A stretch of DNA of 53,126 bases, filler included, from Dimargaris cristalligena (Eukaryota): NCBI GenBank assembly GCA_003614675.1. It is 2 parts of 2 records of this genome, joined end to end, with 100 filler letters (N's around TTAATTAATTAA, not from the genome) between each part and the next. Parts side by side here need not be neighbours in the genome. Positions count along the whole stretch, not along the records: positions 1 to 26,524 come from ML002538.1; 1 more part is not named here. One strand, 5' to 3'. A program made the position numbers and the translations under genes. The first letter of the stretch is position 1, and the number at the start of each line of letters is the position of its first letter. Positions 1-12,342 of this stretch are shown in pieces. A model generated the notes under the pieces. It was given only the letters and a program-made list of their open reading frames with translations. It was not told where the DNA came from and did no database searches.

Positions 1-244
1 GAGTTTAGTTCTTTAGTCTTTTAAACATCTGCCAATTTATAATCCCCGAGTTTTAGTATAAATACTCGGTGGAATATCTTATCAATAAACACAACTTTTT
101 AGTCGAGGCTGAAGAATTCACCAGATAGCACTTCTGCGGAAGTTTGATTTTGTTTTAGTTATTTTCGAGTACCCGAGGGTATTATTTCTATTATATTTTT
201 ATTTTATTACTATTTATGTTGCCCAACATCGTAACATTTTATAA

Positions 245-346
245 GTCAATATGGCCGAGTGGTTAAGGCGTCAGACTCGAACCTCTTCCTAAGAGCGTGC
301 AATCTGATGGGGTTCCCCCGCGCAGGTTCAAATCCTGCTGTTGACG
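245..346 (+). tRNA. tRNA-Ser (anticodon CGA) with 20-nt intron (282-301)
   Basis: Acceptor stem GTCAATA/TGTTGAC plus discriminator G; D arm TGGCCGAGTGGTTAAGGC; anticodon stem TCAGA/TCTGA around CT-CGA-A with an intron after position 37; long variable arm GGGG-TTC-CCCC; T arm GCAGG-TTCAAAT-CCTGC. Confidence 0.96.
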
Positions 347-350
347 TATA

Positions 351-355
351 TTTTT
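351..355 (+). terminator. RNA polymerase III oligo-T terminator of the tRNA gene
   Basis: T5 run 4 nt after the tRNA 3' end. Confidence 0.75.
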
Positions 356-2274
356 AATTACTTCTATTTTGGAAGGATCGTCTTTATATTTTTTCTGGAC
401 ATGGTAATATCGTGGAGAGATAGCTTTGAGGTGTTTTAGAATTGGTGTGCGATAAATTATTTATATGCCTTTAAAGACAGATGCTATTGCGTGGAACGCT
501 ATTCAGTAACATAGTGTTTATCGCATTCATTTTTAATGGGTGCTGCCAAATTTACCATTGGGCAATTCCCATTGTAGTTGCCGGCTGTGCCGCTATTGCC
601 ATTTAACTATTGATATAAACACTATGAAGAAGTCGTATAGAACCTATTAAGCAGTTGCTTGCCCAGTTTGGTTATATCGAGCTCATTTTGTCAAAGCCCA
701 TGGATGACGAATACACATCATTACCCGGGGGAGGGTAGATGTTTTATATCTGTACAGCTTTACGCCGCGGTAAAGACTTCAGCGATGGGCGTAGAGCAGG
801 GTTAGCGTTGCCCAGGAAGTTCCAAGTGGGAATAGACCTTAATCAATTAACGACCTGGGCCACAGTTCACATCTTTTTCAGTAGATTTGTTAGGCAAATC
901 CCACCTTCCTTAAATATATTATCAGGTTGGTTGGGCCATTCCTGCACGGACTTTCCATTGTCTAAATCCTATTGCGAAAGGCAGATTAGTTCTCCCGCGG
1001 GTCTATAGCCGCTACTAATAATAACCATTATATGGGGCCGTCACAAGGCCCAATTCATCATTCCTCTGGCCTCGTTTAACATCCGCGCGGTTCCAAAAAC
1101 AGAAAATGTGAGGGGAGGAGGATGCAAGGAAACTCAAATGGTTCAAATAGTCGGTAATGCACCCGTTATTTATGGAGTAAATTGACTTTCATTAAACCAA
1201 ATTCGGTTATTCTACATTCGCACAAGACAAGGTGATTAAGTACAGTGGATTCGGGATCGCCTTTGGCTTATACTATTATACGACTTGATTGGGATGGTCA
1301 ATGAAGCGGGAGGGTGAAATGAATGTTGAAAACACGAGAGTCATGGGCCCTATCCCTGACTTCAATCGATTCAAACAGTCATTAACCTACTGCATTATAC
1401 GACGCCTGGATTAAACCCGAAATTAAGCAAGCGACAGTCGAGATTGCGTGTTTTTTTTTATATATTTGTTTTTTTCGTGAATGTAATTTTATTTTATCGA
1501 CTATTGCTAATAGGAGACCAACTCTATACGCGTAACTAATTAGTTGCGATCATACGTGTCGAAATTCGCGACTGATTAAATGCCTCTCGGCGTCTTGCCC
1601 ATATATTTACCACCACGGACAGTTTAAGAGCCCAGTCCACAGTCATCACTCCTTTACTATCCATGGAACCCGCCGACCCTTTTGTAGAATTCTATTGGGC
1701 CTATTTTGTGCAAGCATGGCAAAGTTACATTGTTATAATAATGAACCAACGAATTTAATGAATTGGCTGGACATCATGTGCTGAATTTATCAGGAAAACC
1801 ATTCAAAAGGGTTTGGGTCGGTGCCAATAGGAAAAGGGGGGGGGATCAGATGTTAGTGGTTTGGGATTTTGGTCTTAAACGACTAAGTGGGGGGGGCGCA
1901 ACAGTAGAAGCAGCAGCAGTAACGCCTATAGAGATGGGGAGTGTATACTAAGTATGGGACGTTCAAAGGTGGGAAACCAATCTAGCCAAGGGAGGTGAGT
2001 AAACAAATTAAAAACAGCCTAATCTAATGTACGAATATGTATCATATGTTGGGGAATAATAGTCGCCGACTGCTTTACCTAGTCAATTCCGGAAGAACAC
2101 GGGAGGGGAGGGGCTATTGAGATGTACGCGCATAGTTCTCTCTATTTCTTCCATGCCAATATAGTTAATAATAATATAGGGCTGGGCACACACCAACAGA
2201 GTAACATTGATGGGGTTCAGAGCGAGACCCTTACTCAAGGCAAAGTAGTGGTATTCTAAATGGCATTTTATCTA

Positions 2275-2295
2275 ATATATATATATATATATATA
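2275..2295. repeat. (AT)n microsatellite
   Basis: About 10 perfect AT units. Confidence 0.9.
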
Positions 2296-5200
2296 AACCG
2301 CTTGAATTGACCGTACACTTTTCCTCAATAATATTGGCCCAATGAACCCGCGGCAAAGCAGCCCAAGTCCTGCTGAACCTGGTATGCCGTGTTTTGACAA
2401 CGATTTGATGGACTGGCTTAATCATGGATTTAGCATCATGCTGTAGATTAATCCTGTAGAGGTTTAGATCCTGGCTATGATAAAGACCCCTCTATGTAAA
2501 CGGTTCCTTTCCCTCCCCCCCCTCGTTAGTCCATCCACTTAGGTGTTGACGATCTCTCCCGTGTTTACCTTGATGTTTAGTCAAAGACGCGCTTTATTGT
2601 ATATACTTAAAGCGGTTGAAAGGATGCCCAACTGCTCATGCCCATCCCTACACCCACTGCTTTACAATTTCCATTAAACTATAAATGGGACCTTGAACAA
2701 CAAAATAAATAAGACGGAATGACAAATCCGTGGCCAAACTATACAATTCCGATTAGGGATTGGGACCATTAAGCGCGGCATTTTCCCGCGAGTCCGTCAG
2801 GTAGCCCATTTATTATTTTTATTATTTTGAAAAGAGGGGTATATTTAATAGACATGGGTGGGTGGGGGGAGGGACTCACCACCACCATCACGCCAAGGGA
2901 GATCGGTGTGAGGAGAATACAACGTAGGCCTTTCGGGGGGTATGGGAAAAAGGGCTCTGAGAACCAATTGGCACGAGGTGAAAGCTGATTGGTCCCTTGG
3001 GTTAATGAAATTTACAAATAGTCCCGGGGATCAAAGGTACACCAGAGAACTTCGTTTTATCTGGCATGTGGTGGATTCCCGTAGTTTATTCGTCAACAGC
3101 CAAGAAATGCCAATAAACACTTCCATTTGAGCATATCCCCCGGCCCGCTTGCTAATTGGAGTGGTACATGGCTTTAATCGCAAGTTCCCGATTCGACGCC
3201 GCTTGCGCCATAATAACACCCCAAAGCGGGAGAACCCCTCGTAATAGTGAGGGGCGAGTGAGAAAGGGGGGAAAAGGGAGTGGGCGAAAGATTCCGCGTA
3301 TTCTATATGACTGGAATTTTGTACAACCCCGTTAGAATATCCGCCGGTGTGCCCCCCCTCAACTGGCTCCACCAATTCCGCTAGTGTGCCCCCGTCCTTC
3401 CGCTAGTCCAGAGTTTCATATCACGTCAAACGTCTCACCCGAAGCTCTTTTAGTTCTAATGGAATTATGGACTATTTGCCTAATCAGACGACCGTTTTCA
3501 CCGGTATGCTTGCAAAAATATAAGGAGGACATGAATAATGCCCATTGGCGTTGATGATCGGTATATATGTTTGCTATGGCCTCTAAAGTAAGCGCCCAAT
3601 ACTCCTGATCTCGTCGATGTTCGGTATATACCGGATAATAAAAGAGCGAGAAGCGGGAGTACATAGGTCTCTAAACCTGGCTAGCCCCCCCATTGGCCTC
3701 TGCATTTCTCAACCGGTTATGTGCCAATCAACCAGTCGGAAGTATTTAATTACACTCAAGGGCAGCCGAATTAATTTGTATAATGCCAAATTAAAAGGAC
3801 CAACAGACGACGGCATGATGTCTAGTATCAAATTCAGTTCTCTCTCCTTTTGGAACCTGTCATAATCCTCGCCATTCCACTCATCAGAACGTGATGACAG
3901 GCCAATCAGTACCAGCAGATGTTACCCACGCCGCAAAGGTGATCAGCTGAATTGGCTGGGAAATAGGGGGGAGTGATGGTGAATAACTTCCGTACTTCCC
4001 TAACCAATTAACCAGTAATAATATTTTATCTCACCCACTTCGCCGGGTCTTTCCGACCAGGAGATTTTACTAGACGAAGTGGAGAAGAGGGTGGGGTGTG
4101 GTGTTCCGAAGACACTATACTGTACAGTATGGATAAAATAGATGACGTATGATACTAATGTCCAGGTCAAGCAATAATTCATGATGTTGGTTGAGCTGCC
4201 TAGATATACAGCTCTTTTTCCGGCGGGTATGTTGGATTAAGCAGCGCGCTAATTTTAACAGGCACCCAGGTACTGTAATGCATCGGGCTTTTCTGATTAA
4301 AGGAAAGGGAAGGTGGAAAGTGGGGTGCAGTCGGAAAGCGACTATGAAGCAATAACGGAATCAACATAAACTGGTGGGTTAATTTGAGTGATAGCATTCT
4401 AATTATGGCGGTGATACAGGAGTCACTCTGCAATAGAGAGAGAGAGAGAAACTCCAAGCCCCCCAAAGGAATCTATCAATTATGGCACCCTCCCCTCACC
4501 ATATCCCGAGCAACTAAACTATTCCCGATAAAGGACACATTCGCCCCGCAATGTGTCCGCACTGGTAATGACTGCATAACCATTCTTATTACAGCCGTAC
4601 TAATTAGGTCACTTACTCTGGCTTTACATTTTTTAGGTTTGTCTCTACCTGTGACTTGACGCCCCATTGCATAGTTTGCTCATAAAATCAAGGCGGCGGA
4701 ACGGGTCTCCCACGCCCACTGCTTCATAGCTGCGTTTAGGATACTCCCCGCCCCCCCCCTTGTTCCAACCCTTCACTATTCCCCATCTAGCAGCGGTCTT
4801 CGTGTGATAGTTTAGTTGGTCATGAATGACCGGTCCGGGTGCAGCAACGATGTCACTTTAGCGAAATGGATTGGTTCTTATTTAGGGGGGTGGGGCAACG
4901 AGTATGGGAGGAAAAGGGGGTACCGTTTCTGATGATGTTACATAGCCCCAGGCCTGGGTGACATAGTCACTTACATACTCTAGCCATTATTTATTAAGCA
5001 ACGTATTTGGCTAATCCGGGCGGTAGAGTTGGACATACCAATTACCTGCGAAGACCACAATCCTATTGTATGGTATGTATATGTGTATATACCTGGCCCA
5101 CCCGTTTAACCAACTTTAACCTTCAACTATATATTACCCACCCTTATATTCCAGCGTCTATCTATTGCCGGGTAAACAGACATTCGGAGGTACTCGTGCA

Positions 5201-8200
5201 ACGGGTGCATAGCGCATAAAAACAATGGTTTGCCGTGTGGCCCCAGTGACAAATGACCCAGTGATATATGTAAAGGGGGTGCGTTTGCGTTGGCGCGTGT
5301 GTATGTGAAGGGTACGCCAGCCTGTTTACTCCGCCGCTAAGCCATTCTGTGCCATTTAACCGCGCCGCGCAGGTTTATGAGGTCCTCTGGGGAGTTGGCT
5401 GTTCATGGCTTAGGAGGTGGGAGGGGGGGTTAAGATGAATGTCCTAATCCCCAATGGGGTATACGGAACGCAGGGTTCTTCCATCGAACTCCGTGTATAA
5501 TCTGTTCGGGCCTATTGTCGCGGAAAAGATAATCAAACCGGGGAATACCTCCGGGATATGCTGCTATAGGGTAGACATTGCAGACGACTAACATAATAAG
5601 CTGACTATCTGGTCAAAACCCAAGTACGGAAAATCGGTGAGATAATGGAGTGAATGGATTGTAAGAAATTGGACGTGAGGGGAGAGGAGGGATTGGGGGA
5701 GAGGAAGGGTAGCAAAGGGTTAACGAGGCAAGACGGAGGAGATGCTGCCTATTTATTTTTAATTTACACAAATAAAGGAGAGCGGGAGGATAGTCCAAAT
5801 CCAGGTGACGAATATAGATGTGTATGTCCCATCACAATTCGGTTAGTTAATTAACCCACCTAAGGTGCCAAGTGGCCGATTAATCGCTGGTGTGACCAAA
5901 CGTTCTCACCCAGAATTCCCCTTCCACTTGACGAATGGTTAAATTAAATTTAGGGAGGGCTGGGTTTATTTCTGCGTGTGAGGCATATATATATATATAG
6001 CTTTACAGATATACTAGCTGTTTATATTTAGCGGGTAAAAAACAGAAATGAAAGCATCATCTATGTGAGTGGACATGTAGTCCGCCATATAGTGGGGGTC
6101 ATGTAATTAGTGGATTTCGGCAGGGACTGCAGCATCGACTCATCACTGGGGAGTGGTAGATGGGGAAAAAGAGGAGGGGTGGGCTGATGGTTACAATACA
6201 ATCGATGCGTCTAGGAATGATAATTATTAAGAATATTATGATTGTGCAGGATATAGGTAGATTTCCTCCATAGCGGAGGTTGGCCCTTCGGGTGTTCCTG
6301 AATGAAGCCGAGCAACTGCTCCAAAACGTTAATCGGATGGTAAATACCGGGGGAGGGCACCACTCAACTCTTTATCGACCCAGGTTGGGTGGGCTATTGT
6401 AACACTTGGTCTAGGTTTCTGAATTAGCCAACGTGGTTCAATGGGCTGGTTCGGGAGACGATTAAAAGGCATTTATCCGCCATCGCCGTGGTGGAAGGGG
6501 CGCAGGCCCTGGGGACAATGTGACTAATGCAGGTTTTGGGCCTTATCAGTCACCAGAAATAAACAAGTAAAAAGGTGAGGGGAGGGGAAGGTCGCACTGA
6601 GTCACAGGCCGATAATAGGCCGTTTACGTCGGCTTTCAACTGTCTTGGCCCACGAGAGGCCAGAAGGGAGGAAGATGATAAGCTGCAGGTCGTTGATTCA
6701 TTGTGAACTGGCCGCGATGGTGCATCGGCAATGTATTAGTTGTGCATGTCATTCGCGAAAGCCCATTAGCGGTTAAATTAAACCAATCCCAATATCACCA
6801 CCACCCCTCTCTTTATCTTTGTTTCCTCGCTTTGCCTGCCTCCTTAGTTTGATACAATATTTGGTTATTGTTGACTGAAGAGGGTGGTGGGGTAGGTAAG
6901 GTAAGGTAAGTTAGGATACTTCCAGAGTCAGCAGGGTGATCAAAACAATACATGTGGATGCACCGTGGAAGGGGATAAAAAGGATGGCAACAACACTCTG
7001 TACCTGGTTGCCAAGACATAGTTCAGGAAACGGAGTTAACTAGGAATGAGTCTTTGTTTAGAAGGGAGGGTATTAATAGTTCATTCTCTTACGTCAAACT
7101 TTTTAATCTGGATTGGGTCACTTTAATGTGGGCATGAGGAGGGTGTATTATTGATTCCAAGGGCGACTGTGGCCACCCTGTTTACTTTTGGGTGTTTTTT
7201 ATTTGGGATGTGTAGTAGTATTATTCGATTCAGTCCGAATGTCCACCCATGTGTGAATAGACGCTGCGTTGAGGGGTCGGTATTTTTGGGTGGGCCATTG
7301 TACTCTACAATCATACTCAGTTCCCCTTGAACCGGTGCACTGAGTTGGGTAGGTTACTTTATTTGCCGAGATGTGGCCCTTTGTAGAGTATGCGGTGTGT
7401 GATGATCCCTGAGGTGGTTTCTATTTTATTTAGTTTTCCATTTCACAGTTAGGATTATACTACATGTGGTATAGACCCTTAATCCGACTCAATATTTTGG
7501 GCATCTAGAGCACACGGACCCAGTCATCCATTCACTTGATGCGATCAAGCGGAATTTAATCAACTCTCCTTGCCATATGCCCCTGGGCCCGGTCTAGATG
7601 ACATGGCAGATGGGGGATAAATGGGAATCCGGTTATCCCTCCCCCAGGACTTTGGGCCATGTTGGATGCTGGTCAGAACGGAAGGTGGCCGAGTAATGGG
7701 CCCGGTGTTCCTTGTAAATTTGCGAGCCGTGTTGCCGATGGGGTTGTTCTGGGGTTCCAGCCAACTGTCACTAGCTAATTGCCCAATGATTTCAAAATGT
7801 AGTGAGTGATTTTTTATGTTTAAAGAATCTATACGTGGAGTCCTGTTCGCAGTGTTTTTACCGGAATTTCCTTAACACCTACTATTGAGATGGAGGACAT
7901 TGGAAGATTTGTGAAACAGTTTAGTTCCGCATGAATAAATGACCGGTTTTTTACTGGTGGGGTTTCTTTCCTGGATAGTTGGCGACACAGGCCTATCCTT
8001 CGGCCGGGGAGATTGGTTCGGAAGGGCGGTCATTTGCATCCCCACTGGTCATAATGAATCGAGGAGTATGCGCCCTATACAACGAGCTAGGTGTGTAGGG
8101 TAGGTCCGCGGCGGCTGACTAGATGTCTAGCTGTGACCCAATTGAACTGAGCAATTAGGTTTAGACATGGCCGTGGAAGGTGGAATGCGCGACAACTGGA

Positions 8201-9364
8201 GTGGAAGGAACAACAATTGGCAGAAACTAATCAACAAGCCCCACTCGGTATCAGGTACACGGTATAAAAAAGGAAATAACGACGAAAGAGGGAGAGAGTA
8301 ACTTACTGTAGAGATGGTTTCTCGTTCAGCCGGTGACCCTAAATAGAAGGAGCGGAATTCTTTGACCATCAAACGCTGTGCAGACGGCTGGGTCCATATG
8401 GTATGTATGGTATAGCTAGCTGGTTTAGTGATAATGGAGGGCAGACAAGGAACATAATTCGCTGGGGAGTACCAATAAAAATACAATCCAAAGCCTGGAA
8501 GCCAGACGGGAAGGAGGGTGTGATATGATAGGAACGCGCAAGGGGATTCGGGAAAGTCCAGGGCAGGGCAAAAGGGATCGTCGCGTAGCCTGGCTGCCTC
8601 TTGGGTATATTCAGAACGGGGAGAACCAATCGCGCAGCCGCCGCCATTGGCTTGGGTGTGGTGGATTTCTAGCTGCTCGTGACCCTTCCCTCTCCTCTTC
8701 CTCCAACCTCTTCCTAACCTCGGCCATTTGCATTAGCAGCAACTATATAGCAGCGACTTCCTTCTATTTTCCCCTCTTTGCCGTGCCCCCCCCCCCACCC
8801 ATTAAGGAGAGGGGGTTGAAAGGGTACGAATTACTATTGACCCTGAGGGACACCCAAAGCCAGCGATTAAGAGAGGGCCCGTGGTTGGTTAATAGGGGAT
8901 GCCTTCTGACTCGTCTTAATTAGTGCCGGTTGGGTCGGGAAATGCGACAATGGACGGTAATGGCTAAGCCGGACCAGTCAGCACCCGTCGTTCTAGCGTG
9001 TGACAGCCCTATAGCATAAAGATAGACCATGAAAAAACCATAACAATAATGCCGGTGCATTACATTATATCAAGGGCCCAGCTACGTTAATTACCTTCGC
9101 TCACTATCACTATATTGTAAGAAATACTAAGCGCATATATTGTTGCTGGGGGGCGATTGATTCAACAGGGCTGAACACGCCCTAACATACAATGCCATCC
9201 AGTATCCCTCCTCCTGATTCAGTCTCCCCTATCAATTAGACTCCATCGGCCTGCGTATATTACAATAACCCGACCCCCCCACATCACCCGAAGCTTTCCC
9301 ATCCCCCTCCGTCTATATATTATATCTATCGCTGCATATAGTAATCCCTGTCTTCAGAATAGGA

Positions 9365-9371
9365 TATAAAA
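9365..9371 (+). promoter_or_regulatory. Putative distal TATA box of the homeobox gene
   Basis: TATAAAA followed by a CT-rich tract and about 900 nt with no ATG on the + strand. Confidence 0.5.
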
Positions 9372-10221
9372 GGCGCCCGTCTGGCCCTTCTCGGTCGCAC
9401 TTCCCTTCCTTTGCCTTTTGTTTCAGTATATTCCACTCTTTCCCTCGTTGTCGTTTTGAACAGCCAACCAACTATTCCGTTGAGTAATCTTGTCCCTCTT
9501 CTTTAGCCTGCCTCTCCCTTCCTCTTTTCGTTCGTTCGACTTCATCCCACCCTTCGCCGCCGCCATCGCCTTCGCAAACCCCGCCGTCCAACCCTTCTCA
9601 TTATCCCTTCGAATTATCGCTTTGTTACCACCTTCTATTAGCTTATATTCAGCCTTGCTCTTTCTCTTCAGTATACCCCCCTACCTACGCTCCCCGGTCC
9701 GCCACTAGCTTCGCTTATCCGGTGATCCGCTGCCCAATTTTGTGAATCCCCTGCTATTTGCAGTGCCTTCGCTTTGCACCAGGTTTGAGCCTCGCATCAA
9801 ATATTGGGCTTTCGTCTGCTCAAATTCGCCCAACGACTGTGCGTTTTGTCCTCCCCCTCCCCGCCTCTGTGCTCCTGTTGGGCGACCTTCTAATTCGCAG
9901 TGGCTGTGTCACCGCCACTTCTTTGTACATAATAGGTAAATAGCACACCTCATTGCTTCGACATTCCACTGTGCTGGACTCTTATCGGCCCATTCATTCT
10001 ATCCTCTCACCCACTCCCCGTCCCCAATTGCGTTGCGCCAATTTTGCAATTCAGGAGCTGCGTCACTCGCCTGTGGCTTCGGTGGGGTTGTGTCGAGTGA
10101 CCCTTCCCAGTTCTATTGTAGTGGTGGGCGGCCTGCCTGGCTGTTGATAGCCCTCCCCCTCCAAGTGGCTCCACAATTCGGTGCTCTTAAGTCACTTCCA
10201 CTTCATCGACAACCTCCCGAG

Positions 10222-10229
10222 TATAAATA
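10222..10229 (+). promoter_or_regulatory. Putative proximal TATA box of the homeobox gene
   Basis: TATAAATA followed by a second CT-rich tract, about 270 nt before the start codon. Confidence 0.4.
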
Positions 10230-10497
10230 GACCGGGGTTCCCGCCCCTCCCTTGGCTTTATTTCTCGCTTTCTCTCGATCCATGCACTTCATCTTCCCTG
10301 CAGTTCTCACCCCGCCTTTCCCTCCCCTGCTTCTCTTTCTCATTACCTGTTATTAACCTACTATCCGTCCCTTGTATACTTATCATACTCCTCCCTGTGT
10401 TCATTTTATACCGATTGACAACAGTCGCTTGCTGCGCCATACATAGCATACCGACATCATCTATCCTCCGACACTTATCATTGCTCCAGCCTAAGGC

Positions 10498-12342
10498 ATG
10501 TTGGACCACCCCGGATCACATAGCCCCTCCCAACCATCTACTCAATCGAACGAACGCATGTTAACCAACCCGGAGATTCCCCGACCCGCCGAGTCGAACT
10601 CGACCGGTAGTGGCCAACCGGCCCTCGCTCCCGCAACCGCGCCTGTCAAACCCAAGCGCCGGAAAGTATCCGACGAACAGCTTGTGCTGCTCGTCGAGGT
10701 GTTTGACCAAACCGACACGCCTAACCACGAGATTCGGGAGAACTTGTCCAAGAAATTGGGCATGACCAATCGGGACGTCCAGGTATGGTTCCAAAACCGC
10801 CGGGCGAAGGTGAATCGCGAAAAGGCGAGCGCCCAGGCCGCGCGGTATTCTGGTGACCACCACCACCACCACCACCTTATGAGGGCGGGTCGCTGCCGTT
10901 CCATATCCGACGCCAGTTCAAATATGTCCTACCAGTTTGTGCCTATTGTGAGCTGCGATAAGTCCAAAACTGGGGCTGCCATGAGCCAAAGTCTGCGGGG
11001 ACAGCGTTACCACCACCCGCCCCCGATTGCTCCAAGCCCCCACTCGTCCTATCCCCCAGGTAGCCCCGGCATGGGCATGAACTACCGCCCGACAGCTAGT
11101 GCTAGCGGTCCCCTTCGTCCGCGCCGCGGCAGTCACACCGTGGATTGTGGACCTGTCATGCGGGCCAGCCCCTACTCTATGGTGAGTTCGCCCAAAACCT
11201 CTAGCCTGGCCCCGGCTATGGCTGCTGTGAGCCTAAACTCCAATCCCAACTCCACCTACCCATACCAACCGACCCACCCCCATTCGCACCGCCCCGAGCC
11301 CCTCCAGATTGGACCGCACGCTAACCGTCCCTGGGGATCTCCGACGAGCGCGGCCTCCCATTACCCCACTCCTGGGTCATCCTCGCCACTGTCCCCTGGT
11401 TACCCCCCGCTCCCTTATTCCCCTGTTACGGCCGGGGCGGCCTATTCGGCCAGCCCTCCTTGCACGGTCCCCTTCCCCCACCCGACATCGCCGTATACCG
11501 CTTCGTCCTCTGAGCAGGGCCGTTATTTCGCCCCGCACCACCAGTATTCCGGGCCCTCTGCCAACTTCTCCCGAACTCGTCGGTCGTCCTTATCCCACTC
11601 CTACAGCTGCGGCTCCCAATACATCAATTCCACGGAGGGCTACTGGGCCCGACCGGATGCCGCCATCCCTTCGCCCTCCTTCCGCGGGGAACCGATGGGT
11701 CCCGGATCAGGCCCGCACTACCACCTCCTAGACGAGATGCCAGCTAGCTATGCTCAGTCCCAAGCCAACCCGACACCCATGTCAAGCGCCGCCTCGTCTG
11801 CGACCTCTCCCTACTCCAAGATGATGGACGCGCGTGCCAGACTACCCCCTCGGGAGGATTCAAAGTACCCGGTCGACTGCAAGGGATCCCCTCCGTTATC
11901 AACGTCGTCAGCCGCTTCCCCCGAAGTGGTTGCGCCTGATACGAATGGCCAAGATCCCTTCGATTTGCTGGCCACTGCTGCTTCGCTGGTGCACCAGAAT
12001 AATGGCGCGTCCGTTCCCCCATCCTTCCAGAAATCGATGTCTCCCCAGTTGTCACTGCCTCGCCCTGTCGGTGGCGGCCTGCCCAGCCCAAGCCAGTTGG
12101 CCTCTGCGGTAGCTACCAAAACCCCGCCGTTTTCATCGGGACGAGCAGTCCTGCCACCTCTGGCCGAGGACCTTGACTGGCACCGCGGTGAGGAATCCCG
12201 CCTGCCGGTTCGCCCGAGCCACCTTACCCGACTTCGTGGGGGCGAGTCAGCTCCCCGTCGCAACACCCTTAGTGGCCCCCACGATCACCTGCCACCTATT
12301 CGTCAGATTCTGGGAATCAGGGAGTCGGAACACCGCTGTTAA
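10498..12342 (+). CDS. Homeodomain transcription factor (614 aa, intronless)
   Basis: N-terminal homeodomain KPKRRKVSDEQL...LGMTNRDVQVWFQNRRAK with the WFQNRR recognition helix (Q50); the remainder is Pro/Ser-rich low complexity; ATG start. Confidence 0.95.
   Translation: MLDHPGSHSPSQPSTQSNERMLTNPEIPRPAESNSTGSGQPALAPATAPVKPKRRKVSDEQLVLLVEVFDQTDTPNHEIRENLSKKLGMTNRDVQVWFQNRRAKVNREKASAQAARYSGDHHHHHHLMRAGRCRSISDASSNMSYQFVPIVSCDKSKTGAAMSQSLRGQRYHHPPPIAPSPHSSYPPGSPGMGMNYRPTASASGPLRPRRGSHTVDCGPVMRASPYSMVSSPKTSSLAPAMAAVSLNSNPNSTYPYQPTHPHSHRPEPLQIGPHANRPWGSPTSAASHYPTPGSSSPLSPGYPPLPYSPVTAGAAYSASPPCTVPFPHPTSPYTASSSEQGRYFAPHHQYSGPSANFSRTRRSSLSHSYSCGSQYINSTEGYWARPDAAIPSPSFRGEPMGPGSGPHYHLLDEMPASYAQSQANPTPMSSAASSATSPYSKMMDARARLPPREDSKYPVDCKGSPPLSTSSAASPEVVAPDTNGQDPFDLLATAASLVHQNNGASVPPSFQKSMSPQLSLPRPVGGGLPSPSQLASAVATKTPPFSSGRAVLPPLAEDLDWHRGEESRLPVRPSHLTRLRGGESAPRRNTLSGPHDHLPPIRQILGIRESEHRC

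Noticed and set aside
1340-1460. Possible Pol III ncRNA ending at a T-run, with a small hairpin and a B-box-like GATTCAAAC
   Set aside because: No recognisable tRNA, snRNA or SRP structure; T-runs are common here.
739-8923. Many 60-130 aa ORFs in the track
   Set aside because: Mostly non-ATG starts, no domains, and composition of non-coding DNA.
10542-12266. Overlapping and antisense ORFs inside the homeobox CDS (likewise inside the carrier, 22999, 33579 and NRPS genes)
   Set aside because: Expected shadow ORFs of GC-rich coding sequence.
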